A stretch of 64,000 nucleotides of DNA from contig DF237133.1 of NCBI GenBank assembly GCA_000708835.1, forward strand, positions 62,001 through 126,000, given 5' to 3'. Below the pieces are notes generated by a model. The model was not told the origin of the DNA and made no database searches. It saw only the letters and a program-made list of their open reading frames with translations. The position numbers and the translations under genes were made by a program. Source of the DNA: Klebsormidium nitens. Its lineage: Eukaryota; Plantae; Klebsormidiophyceae. Positions 1-13,594 of this stretch are shown here, piece by piece (position 1 is the stretch's first letter; every line of letters starts with the position of its first letter).

Positions 1-221
1 GCAACCGCTTCCTCCAAGCAAACAGAAGCCTGCAGCCTCTTCCGCGCAGAATGTTGGGGAAGCTATTCCATCCTGCGCTGAAGCGGTAGAATGAAGGTAA
101 GGCTTTGCATAGAACAAGAGTCGTCCTCAAAACCAGGGAAGGGTTTAGGAGAGACTGTTTACCGTGCTGAGGGAAGAACCTGAAGTCACCTGACGTGTGA
201 CCTGAGCACTAACTTTCACAG

Positions 222-1050
222 GTCCCGTTTGTGCAGTCATTTGGCGACTTGGTCGAGGCGACTACCGAACGGGATAGAGTCAGCCGGGAGGTCGCCGAGA
301 TGGAGGCGAAGGTACAGCATTCCTTTCTTTCCAAGCACTCGGCTTTTTGCTTGCGCTTGGCGATTGTTCGAATATTACGGGGAGTGCTTTGCAGAGCTGC
401 TTCTAGTCTGGCGTTCCTTTCCTTCTAACCAAAAGGAAGGTCGGGTCCCATCGACCCTGTGAGCAGAGATGTTTGATACTCCATTTTGCACAAGTGAGCT
501 CGATGGATTGTTTTGACATAGCGAGTTGTATGTTGTGGTGCAGGCATCTCATAGTTTCCAACATCTTGTGGTTTCAGCAAAGATGCATTGCCATATTTGC
601 GCAACGGGTTTTGCCATTGCCGCTGCCTCCGACTGAATAAGCAGGTGCTCGAATATTGTTCATGGTGTAACAAATCGGGCGTGGGCGAGATAGCAGAGTC
701 GATGAGATTGTTGGCTTCCTCATCTCAGCGGAGGAAGCAAATCGACCTGATGACCAGAAAGCCTTTGGAGTGAGGTCATCCGCCCCGGCAAGGGAAGCAC
801 GCTGCCCGACCGTTGTGTATGTTGTGTACACAGCCGGAGACTGCGGATCCAATTGCCAAGAATATGCTGCCTGCCCAACACAAGCAGCTACTATCCTTCA
901 TCCATGCAGGTGCGGGCTTTGCAACGGAGAAAGCTGGACCCCGGAAAGGTCGACGAGGACCTTCGGGCGATCCTGAAGGAGAACCAAGGGTTAGAGGGCC
1001 GATTAAAAGGAGAAACGGTGGAACGCAGGGAGTCGAGCGGCCCTTTATGA
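222..1050 (+). CDS. Possible 3' end of a coiled-coil protein gene entering from the left (may be degraded)
   Basis: Exon 222-311 (ttcacag|VPFVQSFGDLVEATTERDRVSREVAEMEAK|gtacag) joins in phase 0 to 910-1050 (catgcag|VRALQRRKLDPGKVDEDLRAILKENQGLEGRLKGETVERRESSGPL*), giving a heptad-like helix. An alternative phase-0 exon exists at 645-773. The upstream exon is unresolved and no family was recognised. Confidence 0.3.
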
Positions 1051-2474
1051 CGGCCGTAGAGTGTATATTTTTGATCGGCGGGGGCGCCTTGCGGGCTGTC
1101 TTCTGCATTGGCTTGTGGTTACACCATCTATGTCAGAAAGTGACGTTCGGGATGACGATATGGTTTACTTCGAAACTGCGCGCAGAGCCGCATTCATGGT
1201 CGGTAGGTTGTGGATCGTCCGCGTTAGATGTTGGTCGTGGTTCTTGGGCCGTCTTCGAGTGGAAAATACGCGTTGATGAATTGGAAAAGGCTGCGGGCTC
1301 AGGCAGTGCCAGCAAGAAAACCATGAACACTAGAGCAGTCTACATTAGATTGCATTTGATAGCCACGTTCAAGCAATAATCTGCTCTCGTATTGTACAAT
1401 AACGAGAAAGCGCTTTGCTTTGGTTGAGGACAGGTAGACAGGATGCTCTTGACTAAGCACAGACTCAAGATCATCGGAATCATGCTTGGCCGGATACATT
1501 TGAACGTGCCGCAATTGCGTGCCTCGTCGTCCTCTAGAAATGCGCAACACTTTGTGGTCCTGTGGGTGTCCGATCTCTCCTGGCGCTCATACCACCCATC
1601 AATGGCATCGTTGTGCACGAGAAATGGTACGTCGCGATTTGACTACTGCAAGATTTAATATGTGGCGTTAATAGCGTGGGAATCCTGCAGGTCCTTAGCC
1701 TAGACCTGTCATGTGTTGTACACTCACGCGAGGCCTGGCATTGCGCTCCGCGCGGGCAGCATGAATGAGCTCGATCATGCCATATATATCGAGCAATTAG
1801 GATACGTACATGGTCCGTGGCCCCACTATATATACCGTCTAGTGCTGTCGTCCATGTGCACTTGACTACTTGGTAGATACGTTATAACGGGATGTTGCCG
1901 GACGATTGAGCTGGACCGCTGCCGCCGGTCCAACCATGGCGGCATGCATGAGTCTGGGTGGATTGCCAGGCCCAACAAAATGGCCAGTGCATGATCCGCT
2001 TGAAACCTCAACCAGTGACCTCATGATGCACCGCGCCAGCAGCCTTAGAATCCGACTTTTGCACCCCTTCTCTGCTTCCAGATCATGTTTACGCTTAACA
2101 CATGTTTCTGCGGAAATTTTGAGCAATTCGAATTAAGAGATAGATTGGCACATGCCCGTCGACCAGGGACCTACCGGATTCTCAGCCGCACTCCAACTCC
2201 AGCACTTTCTGTTCATCCATGTCTGAGTCGCTGTGCTCTGATCTCTACCATCAAACTGATTGATACTTTGGTTTCAATAAGTGGCACCACTCCCTCAGAG
2301 TGTGCATACCCTAGCCTTTACTAAAGTTGGTTCATCGTCTCGGGTTCCGAGGCTTCATAAGCTCGCTCGTCGTGGGCTCAACCCATTGCGGGCAGCACGA
2401 CCGTCTCATCTTTGAGCAAACACAGAAAGACCGACTCTCTCCCCCTTTCTAGTTGCGCGCCCCCTCGCGAGCAG

Positions 2475-5400
2475 CTACACGTGGCACGCCGTCACATTAA
2501 CCCCTCTCATCACCACAATAGCATACGACCAAGGCGCGAGCCGCAGCGCTTCCTGATGATCTCGAACGACACGTGGCAGCATCTCCGGGAGCGTCCCGTT
2601 ATCGAACGGTCTCAGCTCGACGCCGTTCAGAACCGAGGCCTTGCTGTGCAGTTTGCCGCCATCGCCGGGCGTGAAGTGGTACTCCTCCCGAGAGACGTCC
2701 CCGGGTGCTTCGACTAAAACGTCGGAAGCGTTACGCGCGTTACCAAGTGAATGCGACAGTTGGTAGGTGGTGTCGTTGCTGTAATTGATCAGAACCAGCG
2801 CGACGTCACCCTGCGAAAGAACCAAAGACCGTCTCGTTTCGGGACCTTGCATTGTGTTGCGCAGCAGACATATATGTCATGGAACATTGAAACGAGGACC
2901 ACAGTCAATCGCCTGCTCCTTTTAGTTGGCATCTACAAGAACTATTCCGGCATGAAAGAAACAATGATCTTGAGATGATTCGTAAACCTGGCACCTCTAA
3001 ACGCCGCCCCTCCTTCATGCAGGATAAATTCGAGCGTCTGGGCGCTTTCCTCTCGATCATACTGTTGGAAAGGATTCACCGGACGTAATCGATTCAGAAG
3101 TAGAACACGTAATTCGGTTCTGACCCCAAGATCGTGCAAGACACCGGCTAACGGACGCACACCTGTATGCGCACAAATCCTTCGAAGGTTCTCGCTCAAG
3201 TCCTACAAGTGATCAACAAAACCTACAAGTAATCAAGAAAACCAGCAAAGACGGCGCCGCACCCTGACGTCATTCTTGAGGCAGTGCGCGAACGCGCGCA
3301 TGTCACATGCGGAGACGTTCGCCGCGAGCACGCGCGGCCCCACAAGGCGCTTGAACAGGATCGCGGCCCACAAGTCGGGCGCGGGAGTGCGCGCGTCTTT
3401 ATGGAGAAGACCGTAGTTCCCGCCGATGAGCGTTTGGCGGCAGTACACGTCGTAACCGTATCGTGCGGTGGAGCCCAGCTCGTGCAGAAACCTGGGAAGA
3501 GTGACCGGGAAAAGGGTTCATTGACAGAACCCGTGAAAGGAGAACCTGGACTCCAGTTTCTGCTTCTGGACCCCACCCTTGATACTCAGTACGCGCGCAA
3601 CTCAGACGGGTGATTACTTTTCGTATCACCCGGTCGCTTTTCTTTTGGTTCCTCAGACCTTCATGCCAGGTTTCCGAAGGACTCGGTCGGTCGGTCCGCA
3701 GCGAACCATACGGCTTACGTTGCCAACTGTTATGACGAGTTACTGTAGGCAGATCTGGTCATACAACGGCTCGCGCACAGAGTACCAGCCGGTATGGGGG
3801 GGTCCAAAATGAAAACCGGAGTCCACGTCCTCCTTCCCCGGGTTCTGACAAGAGCAGATGGAAGAGAAGCCGCGGGAGGCAACCGGGAGCAGATTGAGAT
3901 CGGGAAAAAGCGGCTGTGCTCGTGGAAGATCTTGGGGGAGTGCCCGGAGAAAGGGCTTGGTTGGGAAAGAAGCCGGGAGAAGCAACCGAGAACCAGTCGG
4001 GTAATCAGAAGGTCTCAACAGCCAGGAGTCGGAGTCAGAAGTCAGTTTCAAAAGTCTCAAAAGCTTCAATTTGTGCCACCCCCTCACCAGAACCCGGACA
4101 TGAACGCGTCGCTCGCGCCGGGCCGGCCCGAGTTGAACGCGCCCCCCGCCTCGCCCATCCACAGCTGCGTCCCGGGCGGCGCCGCTTCCTTAACTGCGCG
4201 CGCGCGCACAAACATCTCGCGCAGGCTGTCGTGGTACGCGGGGTCCAGCATGCGCGCGTCCACGCGCGGTTCCACGCCTGCGCGTTCAGGGGTCCGAACG
4301 TACACGCTTTGAGATTCAGGTTTCGTGGTCCGCTTGATGTGATGCATGGTTTTAGTATGTTGGGATTTGTTACGTCGTGAGGTTCAGAACTCTGCCTGTT
4401 CCCGTGCAAACGTGACGTCATTGTTGTTTGACTTTTGTAGCTTCGTGCCCAATGGTTGCCGATTGCTGTGGGCTCTGAGGCATGAAGATCAGGTCTTCGA
4501 AAGTCTTTTGCTTGAGTTTCGGGGCTCGTTACATCTCTACGCGGAAAGAAATTCGTTCTGATCCCGTATTCCGTGCAGTCAGCTTAGAGATCTCCGTAGG
4601 CATCCTCAACGTTCAAGTAAAATCCATCCCCTCCCCTCAAACTCTCACCAACAACTCGGGGCCTACCTTTTTATTTCTTTAAGGAGAAACAGTAGAAAAG
4701 GCAATGCAAAGCAAAGAAATGCTGAAAGAGGGGGACGAGCACGGGCTTGCACCTGCGCCCATCGAATACAGGTGGTGCGATATGCCGTCGAGCACTCGCG
4801 TTTCGTTCTCTAGCGTTGCGCTGACCACCGTTCCGTTCGCCAGCGTTCTCGTAACCAGTCCTCCGCTTCCCAGCGTCCCGTTAGCCCTTGTTCCGTCGAC
4901 TGACGTTCCGCTGCCCGGCGTTCCGTTCGTCAGCGTTCCGTTCCGCAGGTCCCGCACGAACTCCCGGAACCACGCGCTGTCGACCTCAATATTGTCTGGC
5001 GCGACGATCAGCGGCTTGCGCACGCACAGCGGGCCAACGCGGCCTGCCACGATAGATTTAGGGTTCTAGGTGTTTGCCTCCCTTATTCGCGTTACATGTT
5101 CCAAAACGGTAAGACATTTTTGTTCGTGATCCTATTGGCCGAAACCCTTACCGAGTTGACCGGGTTGATCGAGATCGAAACTTGAGCGACTAACCCCCTG
5201 GTAACCCCTGCTCAATCCCTGCCTCGAAAACGAAACTTTCCAGGGGGACGACATTGTAGTTAGGAATCTGGTCTCTAGGATTACATTGCTTCTAGAATTT
5301 GAGGTCGTAAAGATCCGAGGCTTGCTTTGAAACCTTCAGGGTGCTGCGAGACCGGGCAATTAAGGTTGTAGACCTCAAGGCTTCACTTTCCAAGAAGGGC

Positions 5401-8400
5401 TGCGTTGGCGACACAAGTCAATTTCTACGTGCTCCAGAACCGCACAACCGCACCCACCGTAACTCCCAACCTTAACCCACGGGTCTCCTGGCTGGCTGCC
5501 TTCAACCTATTGCGAGTCACTTAGAAGAAATTCGACCAATTTGACCAAGCATCCGGCGCTTGGGGGGAAACGCCGATACGTTCCGGCCGATCAAGGTCGA
5601 GTGGGCGGAACGGAAACGCTCTTAAAATGGGACACCGAGACACAGGGAGATCGTCGCACCTGTATTGCTGAGACACGCTAGCTGGCTCGGAGAATCGGAC
5701 GCGTACAAATCGTCGACAAGAGTCCGAAGCGTCCGCAGGTCGTGGGCGTACTGAGCAGGAGACAGCTTTGCGGCGATGCCGTTGGGCCCGCCGATCTCGT
5801 TGCCTGAACATAGGTTATAAAACTCAGATATGCTATGAGAGCAGCCCAAGTGGAGGATAAGGGCAAGGTTCAACGGCACGGCTTCGGGCATATTTGTCGC
5901 AATGCTTTGAGATCGCCGATTTCGAGCCCGCGATGAGGACAATCAGGTCGGAAAAGTTCGTACCTGTTAAAAGCAGTGTCGGATCTCTGGGTTTATGAAA
6001 GGCTACAGGTCCGAGAGAGTTCGCGTCTGAGGAGTTAAAGATAAGGATTAAGGAATTTAGTTGTGATTGAAGAAGGACAACGCCGGTAAGGCAGCAGATG
6101 TTAAGCAGATGATTGCTGATAAGCCAGCTGGATACAAGCAGGAGCAAAAGTCATCCAGTATGACGGAGTCGTGTAGTAGCAAGGGTATAGAGGCCGCCAC
6201 ATTTGCCCTGTCGAGCGGAAATGTGCTAGGACAAAACTGTCAGAATACTTCTCGCACTGACTCTTTTTGAAGCATGGAGTCCGAATAAACAACAAAAAGA
6301 AGATCGATACTGTCAGAGCGCGGGTTCCATCGAAAGTAAATCTTAAGTCTGATTGACCTACCGAGTTCCACTCCCATGAGGTCGTACCCTTTTCGTATGC
6401 TGTACTCCAGAAACGCGCGCGCGTTGCTCGGGTCCCAGTCCCCCTCGTACGTGTACCACCCGGTCCGGTTGCGTCCGTAGAGGCCGTTCAGTCCGAAAAC
6501 TAGCTGGGCGCTGCAAACGGAAAACGGAAAGGAATATGAATTGCAAACGGAATCTGTTTAACGTACTTCAAGGAAGATGGGTTCGTGTGGAATGGGCTAA
6601 GGAAGAGCATACAAGTGGTGACTACGGTGAGTACAGACTTCTTCCTGTCACATGGTGATTTTAGGGTGTTCCGCAACATGCCTTTCAAACCGTTTACGAA
6701 CTCGGAGCTCGACGAACAGCTGAATACAATCATTGAATGAGAAGTTGATTGGAAAGATCTTGGCCGAACGAGTGTCCAGTTTCGGCAAGGAAAAGGGCGG
6801 GGGCGACGAAGCGAGAAAGCCCGAACAAAACTGAGTGACAAGAGCTGATTGGCGTCGGTATTGGTCAATATCGTTTTTCAGAAGCGACCAGTAGCTTCCG
6901 CGTTCAGACAGGACCGAAGCTTGGTAGTAGCGGAACAGCTCATGCTCCACGAACCCTCACCCGCTCAAGTTCGTAAAGGCAAGATGTTTATGCGGCCGCT
7001 CTTGTCATACGAGGTACAGTTTCTTGTCTAGGATTGTGTAGCACCATTCTGTCAATCTTGAACTTCCTACTCGATTGAGTCAAAACAAGCAGCTTTTGTT
7101 TAACTTGTTTGTAGCACCGTTTTACAATGCTTCAAGTTGCTACTCTAATGAATCAAAGCAAAGGACCCGATGCAAACACCGTTTCCGCCAGAGCGCAGAT
7201 TGGTCAAAAGCCTCACCCACTGGAGTTTGCCAGCGCATAAAGCTCGTCCCATCGATCCAGATTGAGACAGCCCCCCGAAAAGCGGAATATTTCGCTGGCG
7301 TTATGAACCATCGGACGGCACTTGACGTCAGCACTTGTGTTGTAAACAATATGGTCTTGCAGCGACCCCCCGATCCGGAATACTGGGTGGAGGGCCGTCA
7401 GGGCGTTTCGTAGGAGTGGGCTCGAGAGGTTCTGCGCGAATCAGAATGGAGATGAGGGGTTTTGATTCAGTTTCTGGGAGGGTTTGATATATTAATCGTT
7501 TTGGAGAGGGCTCTTCGAAAAATGAAGCGAAAAGCACTAAGTGATGTGATCGACCAGGACTGTTGTACTCGAATTACTCGACGGTCTTTTGGACCCTGCT
7601 GTGTCAAGAACCTTGCGAAAGTCTGTTAGTCGGAGGGAAAGTGCAAGGTCTTGGGATTTGAATTTTGGAGAAAGTCGAATCTTTTAATTCGGGTGCAAAA
7701 ATACCCATCTGATCGAGTTTCTCTCACATGTTGCAATTCCTGCTTTGACCTTCACTTGCGGCGGTTTGTCTGATAGCTCATCAAGATCCAATGGGCTGTC
7801 GCTTCAAAGCTGCTTACTTGCCCGGTTGGAAATTTGGTTGGAGTCTCGAAAGATGTAATCAAAAGCTATTGAAGTGACAAACTATAATCTGCCAAACTGC
7901 TTTTGAGGGCAGGGAAGGAGCTTACCTGGCTAAGTACGGACGTGTTTCCCCAAGAACAGACGCCGTAGTCACACTTTTCCTGCAGGGACAAAACCAGACC
8001 TTCACTAAGCGAATTCAGAGTGTCGATGCTGCAAAAGGATATCTCACTATGAACAAACCCAGTAACTTATGATAGGACGGGATGACGTCATGTGGTGTCT
8101 CTCTAACTGCAAGCGTACGGGCACTGCACTCCTCCTTAGAACAGTTTCTTTGCGCACCATTTCAATACGTTCCTGCATCTACATCAGTATATGCAGGACA
8201 CCACTCCCAGCAAAACAGACACGAGTGTCCAAGTACCACTTGTTTCTTGCACACAAACAATCTCGTAATCCACAGAGGCTCAAAGCGCTTCCTCTTTCCT
8301 GGCAACTACCCAGCATCTGGCGATTAAGGTTGCTGTGTCTCAGCTCCTCAGGGAGAAAGAAGGCATACGCTATCTTTAGTTGACTGCCCTTCAATCTGGG

Positions 8401-8925
8401 GAGTCACGACGAAGAGCCCCTTGATCACCAAGGTTGCTCATGAAAGGCAGTGGGTCAAGGTATTAAATAGTGTCCCTAACCCACCTGCGACCACCAGTCC
8501 ATCGTGACGCACACAAACTCATCAGCCGTCACGCTCACGGGCCGCTCCGTGTCGAGAACAAGATTCGCATTCACCACCTTACTCCCCACCGAAGTAGGAG
8601 CCATCAAGGTTACGTTGCTGGCGTGCGTTTCCAGCTTGCTTTTGGCGCCAGCTCTGTGATGAATTTCCTTATTAGATTTCTCGGGATTTAACGACCCAGA
8701 ACCCAGCGTGGGTTTCAGCTTGGACCCGCATTTGGAGCCCCACAGATACTTCTGCAGCGACCAGAGGGGAGAGGTGGCGCCTTGAACGCAGTCTTCAGGA
8801 GTGACGTCATGCAATGATTCGGAAGTGGTGGCCCGTGCTTGGTTGAAGGCAGCGACGTTTTGGAAGCTCAGCGTTGCAAGGATAGCAAGCAGCAGAAGCG
8901 CGGCTGTTGCTGGAGCAGGGCCCAT
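2475..8925 (-). CDS. Heparanase-like / beta-glucuronidase, glycoside hydrolase family 79, secreted, about 682 aa
   Basis: Nine exons: 8925-8485, 7979-7926, 7431-7217, 6510-6362, 5803-5660, 5043-4753, 4277-4088, 3491-3263, 2810-2475. All introns are GT-AG, phases are consistent, total 2049 nt. Signal peptide present. GH79 motifs: EFVCVTMDWW, EKCDYGVCSWG, RIGGSLQD, VFGLNGLYGR, VELGNE (acid/base Glu), WMGEAGGAFNSG (nucleophile Glu), YCRQTLIGGNYGLL. Confidence 0.95.
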
Positions 8926-9530
8926 TGCGGAAGAGGCCGCCAGAAGATGGTTCTTCAGCTCCTGCAGGATTGAATAACTTCAGGGAGCTGAGTGTTCGAT
9001 TTGTTCAGCTCGGAGAGGGTCTTCTGGCAAATGTGGCTGGAAGACTACACACCTTGGATTTACTGCAAGATAGCAGGGCCAGCTTTTGGAGCTAACTTCA
9101 GAAGTTTCAACAAAGCAGGGCGAGTTGCCTGTGTCAGAGTCTGGTAGACAACCATATTGTGAGCCTTCGATTTACGCAAAGCTGAATGGAAATCCTAGAC
9201 TCTAGAGCCTGAGCCTGAGGTCTAAGGCTAGAGTGGAAATGCAAGCCCCGCTCCCAGCTTTTTGCGCGCACCTGTATGTATTATTGGAAATTATTTTCGG
9301 CTCGAGGAAAGCGGCGGTCGTTTCACAAAGAACCGGCATCCAGTCGTAAAGAAGGATACCGGTAGCTATTTATCTCTCGCCGGTCAAAGAGAACCGGTCA
9401 GAAGCGGCGCCATGGCGAGATGCAAACAAACAAATTGCGCTACAATGTTTATACAGCGCGCAGGACGACCTGGAAGTTGCTGCAAGGATTTGATTGCACG
9501 AAGGCCCTTGCATGCTGGCATGGGCATGTA

Positions 9531-9804
9531 CCGTAGCGCCAAGGGAATTCACCACCTTTTTGTGCGATTAATTAATTACGAAAGATTTTAGGTTTCACCA
9601 AGCGGAATGGATATTTTCCAACATTTCACACAAAAGGGCGAATTTGGTTTATTTGGCTGATTTTGCCCTACATTTCAGCAGTCTGACCTTACTTTTGCCA
9701 ATATTTATCATTTCGCCATTTCACCCTCCGATCCCAAATAGTTTCAAAATTTTCACCCTGACCCCAAAATAATTATTTTCAGGTGAATTCCCTTGGCGCT
9801 ACGG
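9531..9804. mobile_element. Non-autonomous MITE, Tc1/mariner (Tc2/pogo-like) type, 274 bp
   Basis: Perfect 23-bp terminal inverted repeats CCGTAGCGCCAAGGGAATTCACC (9531-9553) and GGTGAATTCCCTTGGCGCTACGG (9782-9804). TA on both sides (9529-9530, 9805-9806). The interior is AT-rich and non-coding. Confidence 0.85.
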
Positions 9805-10547
9805 TACTCAAGTGCATCTAGGTATGCTGTGCTTTGACTCTGAGCTTGAAGACGGCCAACTTGTGGAGCAATGTGGACAGAACGCTGTCTTTGGCCCTCA
9901 ATTGGATCGCCAGGCCCTGATTAAAGGTATATAGTAGCTGTGCAGACCACAACTTCCATGGACGTTCTATCTACATGATAGGGTGATCCCTCTGGTACCT
10001 TTCTGCAAATCGAGGGAACAATTAACAGCTGGCAGCTGTACGTTTATCAGAATTGGCGCAAAATTCTCTTGTTTGCAGCTTCGGATTCCTTCTGTCGAGG
10101 CTGTGTGAAAGTCGATGTGCAGCTAGCAACTCCAATTTTTGCCACCAGCGCTATTGAGTGATTGGTGACACTTTACTGAATCGTCGTCATCTTAAACGGA
10201 ATTGCCAACCTTCCCAAGGCTGTCAGAGCTGCACGGGGCAATTTGACGCCCTGTAACCACTGTCTAAGCACTGATGAAGAAGTTGTAGCGATTCACAGGC
10301 AAGCTAGCTGCTGTAGAGCGTATGAGCTGTAGGTAGTCGTTGGCGGAGGTACCGCTCAATGTCCACATTGCATTGCTGTGCTCTGACTCACAGGTTGTAC
10401 AGCATTGTGCGTATTAACCAAAAGCAAGCTTCTGCTGGCGCCCCCGTGACAACCTTAGCTATCACCTCCAAAGATAGGTCTCCAAAATTCACTCATTCCA
10501 AGGCCTCTAGAGCAAGTCTGTCAGTATCGACGCCACTTAATGTGAGT

Positions 10548-12611
10548 ATGGCCGCAGTGCCTGTGATCATTGTGCCAGGGAATGGGGGCGGCAACGTGAG
10601 GAACGCCAACTGGTATGGCTGGTTGGAGGAGCAGCTGAAGAAGCACGGCCACAAGCCTGTGCTGCATGACATGCCAGATCCTTACACCGCAAGGTGAGCG
10701 CCTCTCCTTAAAAATGTGGTCACACCTCTTTGGGTTTTTCTTTGTTGCAGATGCACCCACAGGAAGGGGCAGATTCACTGCCTAGACACTGGACTTTTGA
10801 GCAAGAGGCAACCATTTGGCTAATTTATGTTGAAGGTGGCACAGATGAAGACCTGATGCAGTTGATTTCGCTGGCGTTAGCCAGGGCTCCCCTTGATAGC
10901 AGCATGCGGAAGGACACCCCACCAGTCAGGCTGAGCCGTTGCGATGATTGTTTAATTCATCTAAAGCCTTTTGTTATCTGGCTTGATCGCTCCAAGTTCT
11001 TCTCGTGATGAGGTGTACAGTATGAGGGTTTAACAAATCCGGGCCATGTTTGCTTCTGAGTGATTGATCCTTGGTGGCTTTGCCTGCATCGGTGCTTTCC
11101 ATCCATAAAACAAACCTCCTGAGACAAGGATCTTCGTTGAAATGTTCTGCCCGATTCAGAACAAAGACCGTTCAACTCTTTCGCTGGGCTTCACTACAGA
11201 GACATCTGATTCCATCTTCACATATAGTCCTAGACGGGCTCCTGAATCTTTTTTGTCGATATAGGGAGAGCATTTGGCTGCCATTCATCCGGGACGAACT
11301 AGGCGCGGACGAAGCAGCGGTGGTCGTGGGCCACAGTTCGGGCGCCGAAGCCGGGATGCGCCTGTGCGAGTCAACCCGCGTGCGGGGCCTCGTGCTCGTG
11401 TCAGCGTGCATCACGGATTTAGGAGACGCCAACGAGCGGGCAAGCGGGTGCGCATCTCCGTCTTGTGTGGAGGAAAAAGTTTTGATTTTTGAGCGAAAAT
11501 GAGGTTTTTTAGTTGCATGCCTGCGACGAAGGCCTTGCAGGCAATCCTGCTTCATTGGTTTCGAAAAGCGTTTTGCTTCTTTTTTGGAAAAACGTCCAGA
11601 CCAAATGATGTTTTCGAAAACCGCTGTGGCAGACCGGATGTGCTTACATTTTCTTTAGAATACATCCTTGAGACCAAAGCAAGGACAACGGCGCGTTCTG
11701 ATTGACTACCAACCATTGTCTTGCTAACGGACGGCCTCTTCGCTGAAGGACAGCCTCAGTGAGCCGACTCAAGAACAAAACACACTGACCTTTTCTGGGC
11801 GTGGCTTCTGTCAATACTCGAAGCCGTTTGCGTCATCACTCTTTCAATGATTCTCAGAAATAAACACAGTAATTCCGACTCACTCGCAGGTACTACAATC
11901 GACCATGGCAGTGGGAGAAAATCCGCAGTAACGCAGGCTGGATCATCCAGGTGAGACAGCCAGCGTTATCGTGACTCCTCATCAAACTGCTGCGGGAGTA
12001 GTTCGCCGGCACTTGATGAGATCAATCACAGTGCATAACGGGTGGATCGTCGAAAGACGAAGTGTCAGTGAGAACGGGACTTCAACTATGCAGAAAGCAG
12101 ACGCACAAAAATCTTCGACAAAGTGCAAGCGCAGGCAAAGCTTTGGTATGCCCTCTCTTCACCTGTTCCGGAGAGGATGCAATAGTTGATAAGTAGGGCT
12201 CATTGAGATTTGAAGACATCAGACTCGCTCTTCAATCGGCTTGTTCCGAGCTGCTACAAATCCGGGCCGTGAATCGTTTTTGACCATTCTTCGCTAAAGA
12301 AGAACCCCTCTCGGCATCTATATTCCCCAAACATTAAGGAAAAGCCTGGTTTTCGAAGGACTGGGACCGATAGGCTTCCGGCTTCTCTTATCCGCTCCGA
12401 GTCCTGCGAAGAAGGTTTTCGGATAATAATACTTTCTGATTATTGGATGCAGTTCGGGTCACCCACCGACCCCTTTCTCCCGATTGCCGAGCAGCGTTCC
12501 GTAGCAGACGGCTTGAAGAGTGAGTATCACGAGATACAGAACGGGGGCCACTTTATGGTGGAAGAATTTTCGGAGCTGCTGCACGTGATTCTTGAGAAGC
12601 TCGGAGCATGA
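10548..12611 (+). CDS. RBBP9: RBBP9/YdeN-family alpha/beta serine hydrolase, 182 aa
   Basis: Exons 10548-10693, 11265-11447, 11890-11950, 12453-12611 (549 nt). Motifs IIVPGNGGG..ANWYGW, DMPDPYTARESIWLPF, nucleophile GHSSG, LVSACITDLGDANERASGYY.RPWQWEKI, Asp in TDPFLP, His in GGHF. Confidence 0.93.
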
Positions 12612-13594
12612 GCACTGATCGGGCGTCCGATCCGACGAGGTTTACCGTCATCAAGACGTCGTAGGACCGTCCTGCTATACGAAGTCAATTACGTCGGAAG
12701 GTTGTGAAGAATTGGAGTTATGCTGAGGCGCCAGGCGCGAGCCGATGGTACACTGAAGAGCAAAGGCATTATCGAAAAGCCTCGGTAAACTACACAAAGG
12801 GCGAAAGTAAAGATGGTTCAATGCACTTTTAACCGAAAGACCATTGCACCCGCGATGGATGGATGAAGATTTTCGTCGCCTCTGGTGCGCGGCATATGCA
12901 GATCATGCGATTGCGCGGCCACATGAGTGTAGCTTGATCAAATGTTAAGTTACATATCGTTTGGAGAGAATCGCTGTTATAGGTTGTCGCCATCACGCGT
13001 CACGTGTTGAAGGATGTCTCACGTGCGACATGATATTTCAATGCTAAGTTCAAGCATACCGAAGGGAGAATTAATCGGCTTTGCAACGCTTCAGCCGAGA
13101 TTCGCAAGACATACGTCCATTTTCATGTGATTGGCGTACGTCTAGTCCATCATGTGCAAAATCCTCCCATGACGACATCACTGAGTGTAAACGCTCCAAC
13201 GTTACAATGATCAAAACTTCTAACATCCAATTAATGTGCTATATAATATGATCAACGTTACAATGGTCAATGTAGATTTACCATTTGTTCAAAAACCCTC
13301 AAGTGTTGACCTGTTGGCCCTAGCTAGCTTTGAAGCTTGTGTTTATCGATTTTATATGAGGGCAACTTATACAGACAGTCGAAGCTGTACCACTGCCAAC
13401 TCCGATCGAACGTGAACACCCTCAGGGCAACATCTGCAAGTCAAAACTGTTATTCTCTTTCAGCTATGTGCGTGTGTATAATATGTGGTTTGCTATATTG
13501 CGGCTGCAAACAGCAAATGATGCGCGGAACCAGTGCTTGGTGGCGTGTACCAATGGCCCCAAACACCTACGTATGAGTTGAGTACGAAATGAAT

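Noticed and set aside
1299-2136. Short protein-like minus-strand ORFs
   Set aside because: They are in different frames with no consistent splice model or recognisable motif. They cannot be supported, though a decayed gene is not excluded.
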